From: Sedimentisphaerales bacterium
Lineage (GTDB): Bacteria; Planctomycetota; Phycisphaerae; Sedimentisphaerales; Anaerobacaceae
Reading direction: 5' to 3'
DNA: 64,000 nt
Assembly (NCBI GenBank): GCA_963708075.1
Contig: OY970194.1
Location: forward strand, 96,001-160,000
The position numbers were made by a program, and so were the translations under genes. The notes beneath the pieces are model-generated. The model did not search any database. It was not told the origin of the DNA and saw nothing but the letters and a program-made list of their open reading frames with translations. Shown piece by piece: positions 20,282 through 29,982 of this stretch; position 1 is the first letter of the stretch; the number at the start of each line of letters is the position of its first letter.

Positions 20282-21409
20282 ATGCGTCTTATGCGATCGA
20301 ACCGGATTGTGTGGGTGTGTTTCAGTCTGCTGTTTAACGTCACTAGTGTGCCGGCGGGTGACAAGGCTTCGCCCGAGACGTTGCTGCTCAAGGACTTTCG
20401 CCCGAAGTCCGTTTACCGGATTCCGGAGACGGTGGTGCAAAAGGCGAAGTATCCTGCAATCGACATGCATGCCCACGTCTATGCGAAGACGCCGGAGAAG
20501 ATCGCCGAGTGGGTTCGGATGATGGACCAGGCGGGGGTGGAAAAGGCGATCGTCTTGTCAGGGGCGACCGGAAAGGAATTCGACGACGTTTATGCGATGT
20601 ATGCCAAGTACCCGGATCGATTCGAGGTCTGGTGCGAATTTGACTACACGGGATATGATAAGCCGGGTTTTGGCCCTGCAGCCGTCAAGGAACTGGAGCG
20701 GTGCTACAAGGCCGGGGCCCGCGGCGTCGGCGAACTCGGCGACAAGGGCAAGGGCCTATTCTATGGCAAGCCCCGGGCGTGGGGAATGCATCCCGATGAT
20801 CCTCGCATGGACCCGCTGTTCGAGAAATGCGCGGAACTCAAGATGCCCGTGAATCTCCACGTGGGCGACCCGTACTGGATGTACCTGCCGATGGACGCTC
20901 ACAACGACGGGCTGATGAATGCCTATCAGTGGCGGCTGGATAATCAGCCGGGGATCGTCGGCCTCGAAGGCATGGTGGACATCCTCGAACGAACTGCATC
21001 GCGACACCCGAAGACGACCTTCGTCGCTTCTCACTTTGCCAACTGCTGCTACAACCTGAGCCGGCTCGGCGAGCTGTTTGACAAATGTCCCAATCTGTAC
21101 GCGGATATCTCCGCCCGATACGCGGAGACCGCAGCCATCCCGCGTTTCGTGGCGCAGTTCTACGGGAAGTACCAGGACCGCCTCGTCTACGGGACGGACA
21201 TGAGCGCCAGCATGGATACCTACCGGCTCACGTTCCGCGTTCTCGAATCCGCCGACGAGCATTTCTATGCGTGGAGTCATTCCAGTTATCACTGGCCGCT
21301 GTACGGCCTGGCCCTGAACGACCCGGTCCTTCAGAAAGTCTACCGCGTCAACGCTCTGAGAATCCTGCAGCCGCGAACCACCGAGGCTGAATCAGCAGAG
21401 CGCAAATAG
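20282..21409 (+). CDS. Secreted amidohydrolase family protein (Amidohydro_2)
   Basis: IDMHAH, GVGEL, PVNLHVGDP, ASHF, DISAR, VYGTD. Confidence 0.88.
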   Translation: MRLMRSNRIVWVCFSLLFNVTSVPAGDKASPETLLLKDFRPKSVYRIPETVVQKAKYPAIDMHAHVYAKTPEKIAEWVRMMDQAGVEKAIVLSGATGKEFDDVYAMYAKYPDRFEVWCEFDYTGYDKPGFGPAAVKELERCYKAGARGVGELGDKGKGLFYGKPRAWGMHPDDPRMDPLFEKCAELKMPVNLHVGDPYWMYLPMDAHNDGLMNAYQWRLDNQPGIVGLEGMVDILERTASRHPKTTFVASHFANCCYNLSRLGELFDKCPNLYADISARYAETAAIPRFVAQFYGKYQDRLVYGTDMSASMDTYRLTFRVLESADEHFYAWSHSSYHWPLYGLALNDPVLQKVYRVNALRILQPRTTEAESAERK

Positions 21410-21445
21410 GCTTGCGTGCAAATGACATCGGGCTGACGCCAGACA

Positions 21446-21517
21446 TGTCACCCCCGCGCAGGCGGGGGTCCATTCCGTCACAGTGGTTCATGGATTCCCG
21501 CCTTCGCGGGAATGACA
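21446..21517. repeat. REP-like palindrome pair (GTCA..CCCGCG.AGGCGGG..TCCA family) between convergent genes; possible bidirectional terminator
   Basis: TGTCACCCCCGCGCAGGCGGGGGTCCAT and inverted copy ATGGATTCCCGCCTTCGCGGGAATGACA. Confidence 0.85.
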
Positions 21518-21542
21518 CGAGGGCTTAGTCCGCAATTGCCGA

Positions 21543-22548
21543 TCAGTCGAGGCGGAAGGTGCCTTTGTCCATGATCACCTGGCCGTCCACGTAGATGGAT
21601 GGCTTGATGATAACTCCGTCGACGTGGGCTTTGCTGTCCCACTTGGCGCCGGTCTTGCTGGGCAGGGAGCTGCCGAAGGCGATGTGGATGCCGGGGAATT
21701 TCTCGTCCTGGAGCAGGTTGTAGATCAGCTTTGTCAGGCCGGTATTGGTGCCGATGGCGAACTCGCCCACGCGGCTGCTGTTCTCATCGGTTCTCGAAGA
21801 CGTACTCCTCGAATTCCTGGCGGAGCCGCTCGTCCTCGCATTGCAGGGTTTCTCGTATGGCCCGGCCGTTCTTCACCTCCACGCGGATTGGCGTGTCCTC
21901 CAGCGAGCCATACCGTTCCGCGAAGAAATCGCCGAGACAGCCGTCGATGACGACCATGCCGTTGAGGTCGGCGGGGGAGGTGAAGACCTCGCCGTCGGGC
22001 AGGTTCGTCCAGTGCTTTGGCCTGATGTCGCCGTCGCTGACCGTCCACCGGAGCTCGGGGCTGAATCGGCCCGTGAAATCGCACCCTTTGTCCGTCACCA
22101 CCCTGATCTCTTTCGCATCGCGAACCTTCTCGTAGACCAGCTTGCTGATCCGCTGGATCTCTTTGTAGTCGCTGCACATGCCGTCCTTCATGATCTCGGG
22201 TGTGATGCCGATCATGTGAGCGTGGCGGAGCTTGGGATTGGCGTCAATCGTCTTGAGCATCGGCTGGCGGAAGGTCGCCAGCTCGCCCTTGGCCCCCTGG
22301 GCGGCGTAGATGCTGACGTCGGCAGCCTTGAGGGCGTCGGCAATCGCCTGCGGGAATCGAATCGGCCGCTGGCCCAAATCCTCCATCACGAAGAGCTGGA
22401 TATCGCCCGTGAACTTCTCCACGCCCTTGCGAAGTGCCTCGCCGATGTCCATCGTCTCCTTATCGGTGATGATGACGACCCGGTCGCCGGACTTGACTTT
22501 CAGGCAGTTCTCCACGGCCTGCCTCACGCCTTCCGCAATCGTTCCCAT
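21543..22548 (-). CDS. Aminopeptidase (M29-like metalloprotease), frameshift near 21791
   Basis: NLPDGEVFTSP; removing one base gives VFETDENSSRVGEFAIGTN...QDEKFPGIHIAFG...HVD. Confidence 0.88.
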
Positions 22549-22777
22549 GTTCTTCTCTCCTTCATGCCAGAATTCGATCGCCGGCGAGATGCCGTGAGCT
22601 TCACCGACACCCCCGTCCGTGAACCTTGATTCTACTTGTACCCGCCGGCGCCGGCAAGAGTTCTGTCATTTCCGTTCACGCTGCGGGGTTGCTTTCCCAC
22701 AGGTTCTGTGCCATGATCACGTCTTTGGCTATCAATTGTGACGTGGTGTTACCCGGACGGGCCTTGCGAGGTGAGTT

Positions 22778-25015
22778 ATGCGTCAACGCTCCAATGGATT
22801 TCTGGTTTGTGTGTCAGGTCTCTTGATGGCGGCCATAGTCTGTAGTGTGTCCGTCCGGGCATCCTCTGAACCCAATGAGCCGCCCGTGATTCCCGTCGGT
22901 CTTGATGCTTACCGTCAGTGGGATCGCTGGCCGTACCAACGCATCGGCGCACGCGCGTACATGCGCAGCACCTACGACCGGCGGGGCGGCAACGAGGGTG
23001 CGGATGCCAGCCATTTCCTTTACCAGCTCAGCGATGATTTCAATGTCTCGCTGGACATCGCGGGCCTCGGTGTTTTGTACTTCGCCCGCTACAACCACTG
23101 GCATGGCAGCCCGTGGCATTATGAGGTGGATGGCATAGATCATATCGTTCGTGAGACCGGCACGGCCGACCCGGTCAATGCGAAGAGCACGCTCAAGGAG
23201 ACCGTCTTCATCCCGGAGGAGCCATTTCCCAGCCCGCTGACGTGGACGTGGTCCACGACCAAAGGGGCGGATTTGATGTGGGTGCCGCTGCCGTTCGAGC
23301 GCACGTTTCGCATGGCCTATTCGCGCACGCGCTACGGCACCGGCTATTACATTTATCACCTCTACGACCGCAGTGCGCCGCTCTCGCAGCCCATCCGCTC
23401 CTGGGACGGCAGGACGCCGCCGGCAAAGGACGTCCTGGACCTGCTGAATCGTGCGGGCACTGATATCTCTCCGAGACTGGGGACGCCGGAAGGTGACAGT
23501 CTCGGTGGGAAGGAGGTCTCCGGCGAACTCAGCCTCGCGTCAAAGCAAGCCGTCGTGCTCACGACGCTCACCACCGCGCCCGCGATGGTGCGGGCACTGG
23601 AGTTCTCCGTTCCCAAGGAACAGGCCGTGGCCTTCGGCCTCGCACGTTTACGCGTCACGTGGGATAAGCGGAAGGAGCCGTCGATTGATGCGCCTGTGGC
23701 CTTGTTCTTCGGCGCGGGCACGCTCTACAACCGCGAAGGCCGGGAATTCCTGGTGAAAGGCTTCCCGGTTCACATTCGCTTTACCGAGTCTCGGGTGCAC
23801 CTGGCGTGTTACTTCCCGATGCCGTTCTTCAGGTCGGCAAAGCTTGAACTTGTCGGGGCAAGTGACGCGATTGAGGGTGTCCGGTGGCGGGTGCGTTATC
23901 ATCCGCTGAATACTCCGGCGAGCCACGTCGGCTACTTTCACGCGACGTATCGCGATCATCCCTTGCCAGAACCGGGCCAGGACCTCGTGCTCCTCGACAC
24001 TCGCACGGCTGAAGGCGGCGGCGAGTGGTCCGGCAGTTTCGTCGGCTCCTCGTGGATCTTCTCCCATCGCGGTGTACTCAATACGCTGGAGGGCGATCCT
24101 CGCTTCTTCTTCGATGACAGCCAGACGCCGCAAGCTTACGGCACCGGCACTGAGGAGTGGGGCGGTGGCGGCGACTACTGGGGCGGACTAAACATGACCC
24201 TGCCTTTGGCGGGCCATCCTTGCGGCGCCCGTAATGCGAAGGAAGCGAAGTGCGATGAGGACTTGATCGAGTCGGCCTACCGGTTCCTTCTGGCCGATCT
24301 GATGCCGTTTGGCCGCCGGGCCGTCATCCGGCTCGAGCACGGCGGTGAGAACCAGTCCACCGAGCACTATGAAACCGTGGCGTACTGGTACGGTGCTCCC
24401 GCCGCCACTCTGGTGCAGACGGACGAGCTAAAAATTGGCGACGCCGACAGTGAACGTGCGCATCGTTACGATTCGCCTCAGGCCGGCGAGCCTTACGAAA
24501 TCACATCTCGTTATGAGTGGGGTCCGGACACGTTGGGCGGAAAGGAAATCTATTCGCCACACACCGATGTCGGCCGTAAGATCACGGGGGTAACCGAGTT
24601 CACGCTGAAGCTGGCCCCGCAGAACTTCGGTGTGCTCTTGCGGCGCAAGCTCGATTATTCATTCCCCAACCAGCGTGCCGAGGTCTTCGTCGCCGGCGAG
24701 GATGGCGAATTCAAGCCCGCAGGCACTTGGTATCTTGCCGGGGGGAACACGTGCGTGTACTCGAATCCCAAGGAGGAGCTGGGCGCCACGCAACATATCG
24801 TTCAGACCTCCAACCGCCGGTTCCGTGATGATGAGTTCATTGTGCCCCGCGAGCTCACGCGAGGCCGATCCCAAGTCCGAATCCGCATCAAGTTCACGCC
24901 GGTGGAAATCCCGCTGTTTCCCGGGCAGCCGCTCGCTGAGCTGGCTTGGAGTGAAATCTGCTACACGGCCTATTGCTGGGTCATGCCGGCGCGACAGGAC
25001 CTATGGGACCAATAG
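22778..25015 (+). CDS. Secreted DUF2961 (GH172-like) protein, divergent subgroup
   Basis: STYDRRGGN, APVALFFG, YFPMPF, LEGDPRFFFD, GTGTEEW, IRLEHG. Confidence 0.82.
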   Translation: MRQRSNGFLVCVSGLLMAAIVCSVSVRASSEPNEPPVIPVGLDAYRQWDRWPYQRIGARAYMRSTYDRRGGNEGADASHFLYQLSDDFNVSLDIAGLGVLYFARYNHWHGSPWHYEVDGIDHIVRETGTADPVNAKSTLKETVFIPEEPFPSPLTWTWSTTKGADLMWVPLPFERTFRMAYSRTRYGTGYYIYHLYDRSAPLSQPIRSWDGRTPPAKDVLDLLNRAGTDISPRLGTPEGDSLGGKEVSGELSLASKQAVVLTTLTTAPAMVRALEFSVPKEQAVAFGLARLRVTWDKRKEPSIDAPVALFFGAGTLYNREGREFLVKGFPVHIRFTESRVHLACYFPMPFFRSAKLELVGASDAIEGVRWRVRYHPLNTPASHVGYFHATYRDHPLPEPGQDLVLLDTRTAEGGGEWSGSFVGSSWIFSHRGVLNTLEGDPRFFFDDSQTPQAYGTGTEEWGGGGDYWGGLNMTLPLAGHPCGARNAKEAKCDEDLIESAYRFLLADLMPFGRRAVIRLEHGGENQSTEHYETVAYWYGAPAATLVQTDELKIGDADSERAHRYDSPQAGEPYEITSRYEWGPDTLGGKEIYSPHTDVGRKITGVTEFTLKLAPQNFGVLLRRKLDYSFPNQRAEVFVAGEDGEFKPAGTWYLAGGNTCVYSNPKEELGATQHIVQTSNRRFRDDEFIVPRELTRGRSQVRIRIKFTPVEIPLFPGQPLAELAWSEICYTAYCWVMPARQDLWDQ

Positions 25016-25029
25016 GACGAATAGGACCT
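24994..25029. repeat. Nonamer tandem repeat (ATAGGACCT consensus, x4) overlapping a stop codon
   Basis: ACAGGACCT ATGGGACCA ATAGGACGA ATAGGACCT. Confidence 0.8.
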
Positions 25030-25055
25030 GTGTTGCGTGGCATTTCAATCGCCTG

Positions 25056-26057
25056 TTATATTCGCTCTCCCTTTTCGCGCGCCTCGTTGATTTGCTTTCG
25101 GCTGCGGTGCTGGTAGTCGCGGAGGGGCTCGATGCCGTGCTCCTTCAGGATGTCGCGGGCCCGGATGCCGGGGGCAATAGAGCGGAACAGCCACCAGGGG
25201 GCGAGGTCCTCCGGGCTGAGGTTTTGCTCGACCTCGATCTGGTCCTTATGCTCTTCCAGCATCTTCTTGACCTTGTCCTGGTGGAAATCATGGTGCACGA
25301 ACGTGCGGTCGAGGTCCAGCGTGGCGATGAATTGCTGCGACCGGGGCTTTTCGACACGCTCCAGGGTCTTGCCGGTCATGTCGATGATGTTGCCCGCGCC
25401 CACGGGCACGATGTAGTAGTGGTGGAGGATGGCGTAGGCGTTCATGGGTGAGCCGCCGCCATAGGCGCTGGGCCAGAAGACGATGTCGGCGTTCATCTCG
25501 TCGCATTTCAGCCAGAGCTCGGGGAAGTTCAGGTCGAAGCAGGTGAAGATTCCGATTCGGCCGAAGTCCGTCTCGAACACTTTCACGCCGTCGGGGCTGC
25601 AATGCAGGCCCTCGCCCCAGAATACGAAGACCTTGCGGTAATAGCCCGCGACCTGTCCCTTGCGGTCGATCAGGACGGCCGTGTTGTACTGTCTGTCCCC
25701 GGCCTGCTCCCGGATCGGGCAGACCACGTACATATTGTACTGCTTCGCCAGTTGCGCCACGGCTTCGGTGGTGGGCCCTGGAATTGGCTCGGCCTGCGTC
25801 CCGCTGAACTCCTCGGGCAGGCACGCGATATCCACGCCGTTCTTGCCCGCCGTGTGCAGGTGGTCGAGCGCCAGCTTGAGTTTTTCCTCGTGCTGGCCGC
25901 CGAATCCGATGCAGATGGCCGCCACCTTGACCTGCCTGCCCGGAAGCTTCGACCGGTCGAGCTGCGGGACATCCCCCCTAAGGGACATCGATGTAATCGT
26001 CATCCACGCTGCCAGAACACAGATGGACAAGTTCGACGGCCTCATTGTGCTTTTCAT
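25056..26057 (-). CDS. Secreted carbon-nitrogen hydrolase (nitrilase superfamily)
   Basis: Glu-Lys-Cys triad in CLPEE, YYRK, FTCFD; signal peptide. Confidence 0.9.
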   Translation of the reverse strand: MKSTMRPSNLSICVLAAWMTITSMSLRGDVPQLDRSKLPGRQVKVAAICIGFGGQHEEKLKLALDHLHTAGKNGVDIACLPEEFSGTQAEPIPGPTTEAVAQLAKQYNMYVVCPIREQAGDRQYNTAVLIDRKGQVAGYYRKVFVFWGEGLHCSPDGVKVFETDFGRIGIFTCFDLNFPELWLKCDEMNADIVFWPSAYGGGSPMNAYAILHHYYIVPVGAGNIIDMTGKTLERVEKPRSQQFIATLDLDRTFVHHDFHQDKVKKMLEEHKDQIEVEQNLSPEDLAPWWLFRSIAPGIRARDILKEHGIEPLRDYQHRSRKQINEAREKGERI

Positions 26058-26085
26058 CGTCGCGACTCCAATTCACCTCATCACA

Positions 26086-26114
26086 TTGACAACTCATCTG
26101 ACACCGTTTACCAT
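26086..26114 (+). promoter_or_regulatory. Sigma70-like promoter for the oxidoreductase at 26194
   Basis: TTGACA-17 bp-TACCAT. Confidence 0.65.
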
Positions 26115-26139
26115 TGGCCTATGCTCCGCAAGCCAAATT

Positions 26140-26174
26140 GTAAAGGGTAAATCGTAAATCGTAAATGGTAGACG
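26140..26174. repeat. Heptamer array (GTAAATC consensus, x5) in the 5' UTR
   Basis: GTAAAGG GTAAATC GTAAATC GTAAATG GTAGACG; same unit as at 4311-4330. Confidence 0.8.
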
Positions 26175-26193
26175 TCAGTAGGAGAGAACCGCA

Positions 26194-27585
26194 ATGAGTG
26201 AAAGCACGCAAAACAGCACGTCGCGTCGCGAGTTCCTGAAGAACACGGGTCGGATCGCCGCCGTCACGACCCTCGCGGCGGGATTTGGCCCGCGCATGTA
26301 TGCCGGGGAGAACAATACGATCCAGTTGGCGCTGGTCGGCTGCGGCGGCCGCGGATCAGGGGCTGCCTCGAACGCCCTGTCCGTCAAACGGGGCCCGGTC
26401 AAGCTTGTGGCCATGGCCGATGTCTTCCAGGGCCGGCTCACCGAGAGCTACAGGAACCTCAAGGAAGGGCACGGCGATAAGGTGGATGTGCCCGATGATC
26501 GTAAGTTCGTCGGCTTCGATGCCTACAAGAAGGCCATGGATTGCCTCAAGCCGGGCGACATCGCGATCTTCGGCACCCCGCCGGCCTTCCGCTGGGTCCA
26601 CTTCACCTACGCCATTGAGAAGAATCTCAACGTCTTCATGGAGAAGCCGGTCACCGTGGACGGCCCAACCAGCAAGCGAATGCTCAAGCTCGCTGATGAC
26701 GCGACGGCCAAGAACCTCAAGGTCGGCGTGGGACTGATGTCCCGCCACAGCCGGGCGCTCCAGGAACTGGTCAAACGCGTTCAGGACGGCGAAATCGGCG
26801 ACGTTATCCTGCAGCGCGGCTACCGGATGCACGGACCGATCGGGTTCTTCTCCTCTTTGCCCAAGCCGAAAGACGCCAACGAGCTGCTCTACCAGGTGCA
26901 GCGTTTCCACAGCTTCATCTGGGCCAGCGGCGGCAACTACAGCGACTTCTACATCCACATCATCGATCATCTCGGCTGGCTGAAGGGCTCCTGGCCGATC
27001 AAGGCACAGGCGCTGGGCGGCCGCCACTATCGTCAGAGTCCCGAAGGGGTCACGTACGTGGACCAGAATCTCGACACCTACTCGGTCGAATACACCTACG
27101 CCGATGGGAGCAAATTCCTCTTCGACGGCCGCTGCATCAACGGCTGCAACGACATCTATTCGAGTTATCTCCACGGCAGTAAAGGCTTTGCGATTGCCTC
27201 CAAGAGCGGCGATTGTGGAACGCCCTCCAGCATTCATAAGAGCCAGAATCCGGATCGCTCCAACATGGTCTGGGAGTCCAAAGTGAGCCCGGCCGAGCGA
27301 GATCCTTATCAGAACGAGTGGAACGACCTGTTGGACGCCATCCGCGACAACAAGCCCTACAACGAGGCCCATCGCGGCGTGGAAGCCAGTCTCGTGACGA
27401 GCATGGGCCGCATGGCCGCCCACACCGGCCAGGAAATCACCTACGACCAGATGCTCAACTGCAAGCATGAAATGGCGCCCGGCCTGGACAAGCTGACGAA
27501 GGATTCACCTGCACCGCTGGTGGCCGACGCCAACGGCAGGTACCCCGTGCCACAGCCCGGTATTGTGAAAGATCGCGAGTATTGA
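26194..27585 (+). CDS. Tat-exported Gfo/Idh/MocA oxidoreductase
   Basis: SRREFLK, LVGCGGRGSGA, MADVF, VFMEKP. Confidence 0.93.
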   Translation: MSESTQNSTSRREFLKNTGRIAAVTTLAAGFGPRMYAGENNTIQLALVGCGGRGSGAASNALSVKRGPVKLVAMADVFQGRLTESYRNLKEGHGDKVDVPDDRKFVGFDAYKKAMDCLKPGDIAIFGTPPAFRWVHFTYAIEKNLNVFMEKPVTVDGPTSKRMLKLADDATAKNLKVGVGLMSRHSRALQELVKRVQDGEIGDVILQRGYRMHGPIGFFSSLPKPKDANELLYQVQRFHSFIWASGGNYSDFYIHIIDHLGWLKGSWPIKAQALGGRHYRQSPEGVTYVDQNLDTYSVEYTYADGSKFLFDGRCINGCNDIYSSYLHGSKGFAIASKSGDCGTPSSIHKSQNPDRSNMVWESKVSPAERDPYQNEWNDLLDAIRDNKPYNEAHRGVEASLVTSMGRMAAHTGQEITYDQMLNCKHEMAPGLDKLTKDSPAPLVADANGRYPVPQPGIVKDREY

Positions 27586-27586
27586 C

Positions 27587-27650
27587 GATTGTTGATTTCA
27601 GATTGCGGATTGCGGATTGGGCCTGCGGGCGCCAATCTGCAATCCGCAAC
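27587..27650. repeat. Inverted heptamer (GATTGCG) hairpin right after the stop codon; possible terminator
   Basis: TTGCGGATTGCGGATTGG (27603-27620) pairs with CCAATCTGCAATCCGCAA (27632-27649) with one G.U pair. Confidence 0.85.
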
Positions 27651-27726
27651 TGAGACAATGAGTACTGTTACTCTGCGTCAGCAGCGTGCCTTATATAGGT
27701 GAAGGACCTGATGTAAGGATGTTGCG

Positions 27727-27798
27727 ATGCATACGGTGCTCATCATGTTGGAAATCGCTCTTCTGCTGGCCGTCGTGCTGACCTACGGCAGAAAGTAG
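27727..27798 (+). CDS. Putative 23-aa single-helix membrane peptide MHTVLIMLEIALLLAVVLTYGRK
   Basis: AAGGA upstream, hydrophobic core, basic C-terminus; below the ORF-track cutoff. Confidence 0.4.
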   Translation: MHTVLIMLEIALLLAVVLTYGRK

Positions 27799-27815
27799 TA
27801 TCGCGTGAAGTGGAC

Positions 27816-29978
27816 ATGGACCGAAGGGATTTCCTGAAGACGTCGGTGGCCGCGGGGGCTTATGCGATCCTTGCGGAGCCCGGCAGCATCTTCGCTCAAG
27901 ACCAACAGGGCTGGTTCGACCGGCCGATGCGCTGGGCCCAGCTTGTCCTCGTGGAGAACGATCCCGGGCAATTCGACCCGGACTTCTGGCTGGACTACTT
28001 CAAACGGGTGCATGCGGATGGCGCCTGCCTCAGCGCCGGCGGCATCGTGGCCTACTATCCGACACAAGTCCCCCTGCATCACCGAAGCGCCTGGCTCGGG
28101 GACTCCGATCCGTTCGGCTATCTCGTCCGGGGTTGTCGCAGGATGGGCATGGCGGTGATCGCCCGCACCGATCCTCATGCGACGTGGGACAACGCCCATC
28201 AGGCCCATCCGGATTGGATCGCGGTCGATACGGAGGGCAAGCCGCGGCGACACTGGGCGAACCCGGACCTGTGGGTGACGTGTGCGCTTGGGCCGTACAA
28301 CTTCGAATTCATGACGCAGGTGCATGAGGAGATCATGAAGTTGTACGATGTCGATGGGATCTTCTCCAATCGCTGGGCCGGGCATGGGACGTGCTACTGC
28401 GAGCACTGCGTGAAGAACTTCAAGGAGTCCTCCGGGCTGGACCTGCCTCGGACGGAGAATCGACTCGACCCGACCTACCGCAAGTACGGCCAGTGGCGAA
28501 TCGAGCGACTGAAAGAACTGTGGTTTCTGTGGGATCGGACGATCCGCCAGGTCAATCCTGCCTCTCGCTACATTCCCAACGGCTTCCCGGACAACATCGT
28601 CACGGGCCAGCTCTCGGACATCTTCTTCACGGACCACCAGGGCCGAAGCGGCATGATCCCGCCTTGGTCCAACGGCAAGCGGGCGAAGGAACTGCGTGCG
28701 ACGATGGGCATGAAGCCGCTCGGCGGCATTTTCAGCGTCGGCCTGGAGGAGGCCTACCGTTGGAAGGATTCCGTGCAGAGCGAGGCGGAGACACGAGTTT
28801 GGGTGGCCGACGGAATCGCGAACAACATGCGGCCGTGGTTCGCCAAGTTCTCAGGAGTTCTCTACGACCGCCGCTGGCTCAAGGTCGTCGAGGAAATCTA
28901 CCGCTGGCATCACCGTGTCGAGCCGTACCTGCGGAACACCGCGTCCCTCGCCCGTGTCGGAATGGTGTACTCGGAGCAGACGCGGCGATACTACGGTGGC
29001 CAGCGATGGCAGGAGCGAAGCAGCGGCCATGAGCTGGGCATGTATCACGCCCTGATCGAGGCCCGCGTGCCGTTTGAGATGGTCAACGACCGATTGCTCG
29101 ACGCGGAACACCTCAAGCCCTTCAAGTTACTGGTCCTGCCGAACGTCGCAGCCCTGTCCGACGCCCAATGCGATCAACTGAGGCAGTACGTCGAGCGGGG
29201 CGGCAGCATCGTCGCCACCTTCGAGACCTCGCTCTACGATGAGCAGGGCGACCGGCGGCCGGATTTCAGCTTGGCGGACTTGTTCGGGGTCTCCCGCAGA
29301 GACCGCGTGGAAGGCCCGATGAGGAACTCGTACCTGAGGCTCAAGGCCGATGCGGCCACGGGCCCGTTCCATGAAGTGCTTGATGGGCTGGAAGACGCGG
29401 GCAGGATCATTAACGGCATCTGGCGGCTGGACGTGACGCCCAGGCTCGACTTTCCCTCGCCCGTGACGTTGATCCCCAGTTATCCCGACCTGCCGATGGA
29501 GCACGTGTACCCACGCGTGCCGGAGACCGACACAAGTGAGCTGTACCTGCGGGAGATGGGCAAGAGCCGGATCGCTTACTTCCCGTGGGACATCGACCGC
29601 TCGTTCTGGGAAATCATGAACACCGACCACGGCAGGCTCCTGGGGAACGTGATCCGTTGGGCGACGAATGAGGATTCGCTCGTCCAGGTAACCGGCCCAG
29701 GAATCCTCGATGTCACCACTTGGCGGCAGAAACGGTCCATGACGGTCCATCTCGTCAATTTGACGAATCCGATGATGATGAAGGGCCCGTTCCGCGAGCT
29801 GATCCCCGTCGGCGAACAGAAAGTCCGCATCCGGGTCCCGGAAGGCACAAAGGTGAAGAAGGTCCGGCTGCTCGTCAGTGACAAGAACCCCGCTCATAAG
29901 AGCAGCAGGGGCGTTGTGTCCCTCCGTGTGCCGTCCATCCTGGACCATGAGGTCGTGGCTCTCGATCTGCAGACCTGA
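27816..29978 (+). CDS. Tat-exported putative glycoside hydrolase (GHL6-like TIM barrel plus beta-galactosidase trimerization domain)
   Basis: MDRRDFLK, GGIVAYYPT, DGIFSN, CYCEHC, LVLPNVAALSD..GG.IVAT, VHLVN. Confidence 0.82.
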   Translation: MDRRDFLKTSVAAGAYAILAEPGSIFAQDQQGWFDRPMRWAQLVLVENDPGQFDPDFWLDYFKRVHADGACLSAGGIVAYYPTQVPLHHRSAWLGDSDPFGYLVRGCRRMGMAVIARTDPHATWDNAHQAHPDWIAVDTEGKPRRHWANPDLWVTCALGPYNFEFMTQVHEEIMKLYDVDGIFSNRWAGHGTCYCEHCVKNFKESSGLDLPRTENRLDPTYRKYGQWRIERLKELWFLWDRTIRQVNPASRYIPNGFPDNIVTGQLSDIFFTDHQGRSGMIPPWSNGKRAKELRATMGMKPLGGIFSVGLEEAYRWKDSVQSEAETRVWVADGIANNMRPWFAKFSGVLYDRRWLKVVEEIYRWHHRVEPYLRNTASLARVGMVYSEQTRRYYGGQRWQERSSGHELGMYHALIEARVPFEMVNDRLLDAEHLKPFKLLVLPNVAALSDAQCDQLRQYVERGGSIVATFETSLYDEQGDRRPDFSLADLFGVSRRDRVEGPMRNSYLRLKADAATGPFHEVLDGLEDAGRIINGIWRLDVTPRLDFPSPVTLIPSYPDLPMEHVYPRVPETDTSELYLREMGKSRIAYFPWDIDRSFWEIMNTDHGRLLGNVIRWATNEDSLVQVTGPGILDVTTWRQKRSMTVHLVNLTNPMMMKGPFRELIPVGEQKVRIRVPEGTKVKKVRLLVSDKNPAHKSSRGVVSLRVPSILDHEVVALDLQT

Positions 29979-29982
29979 CAGG

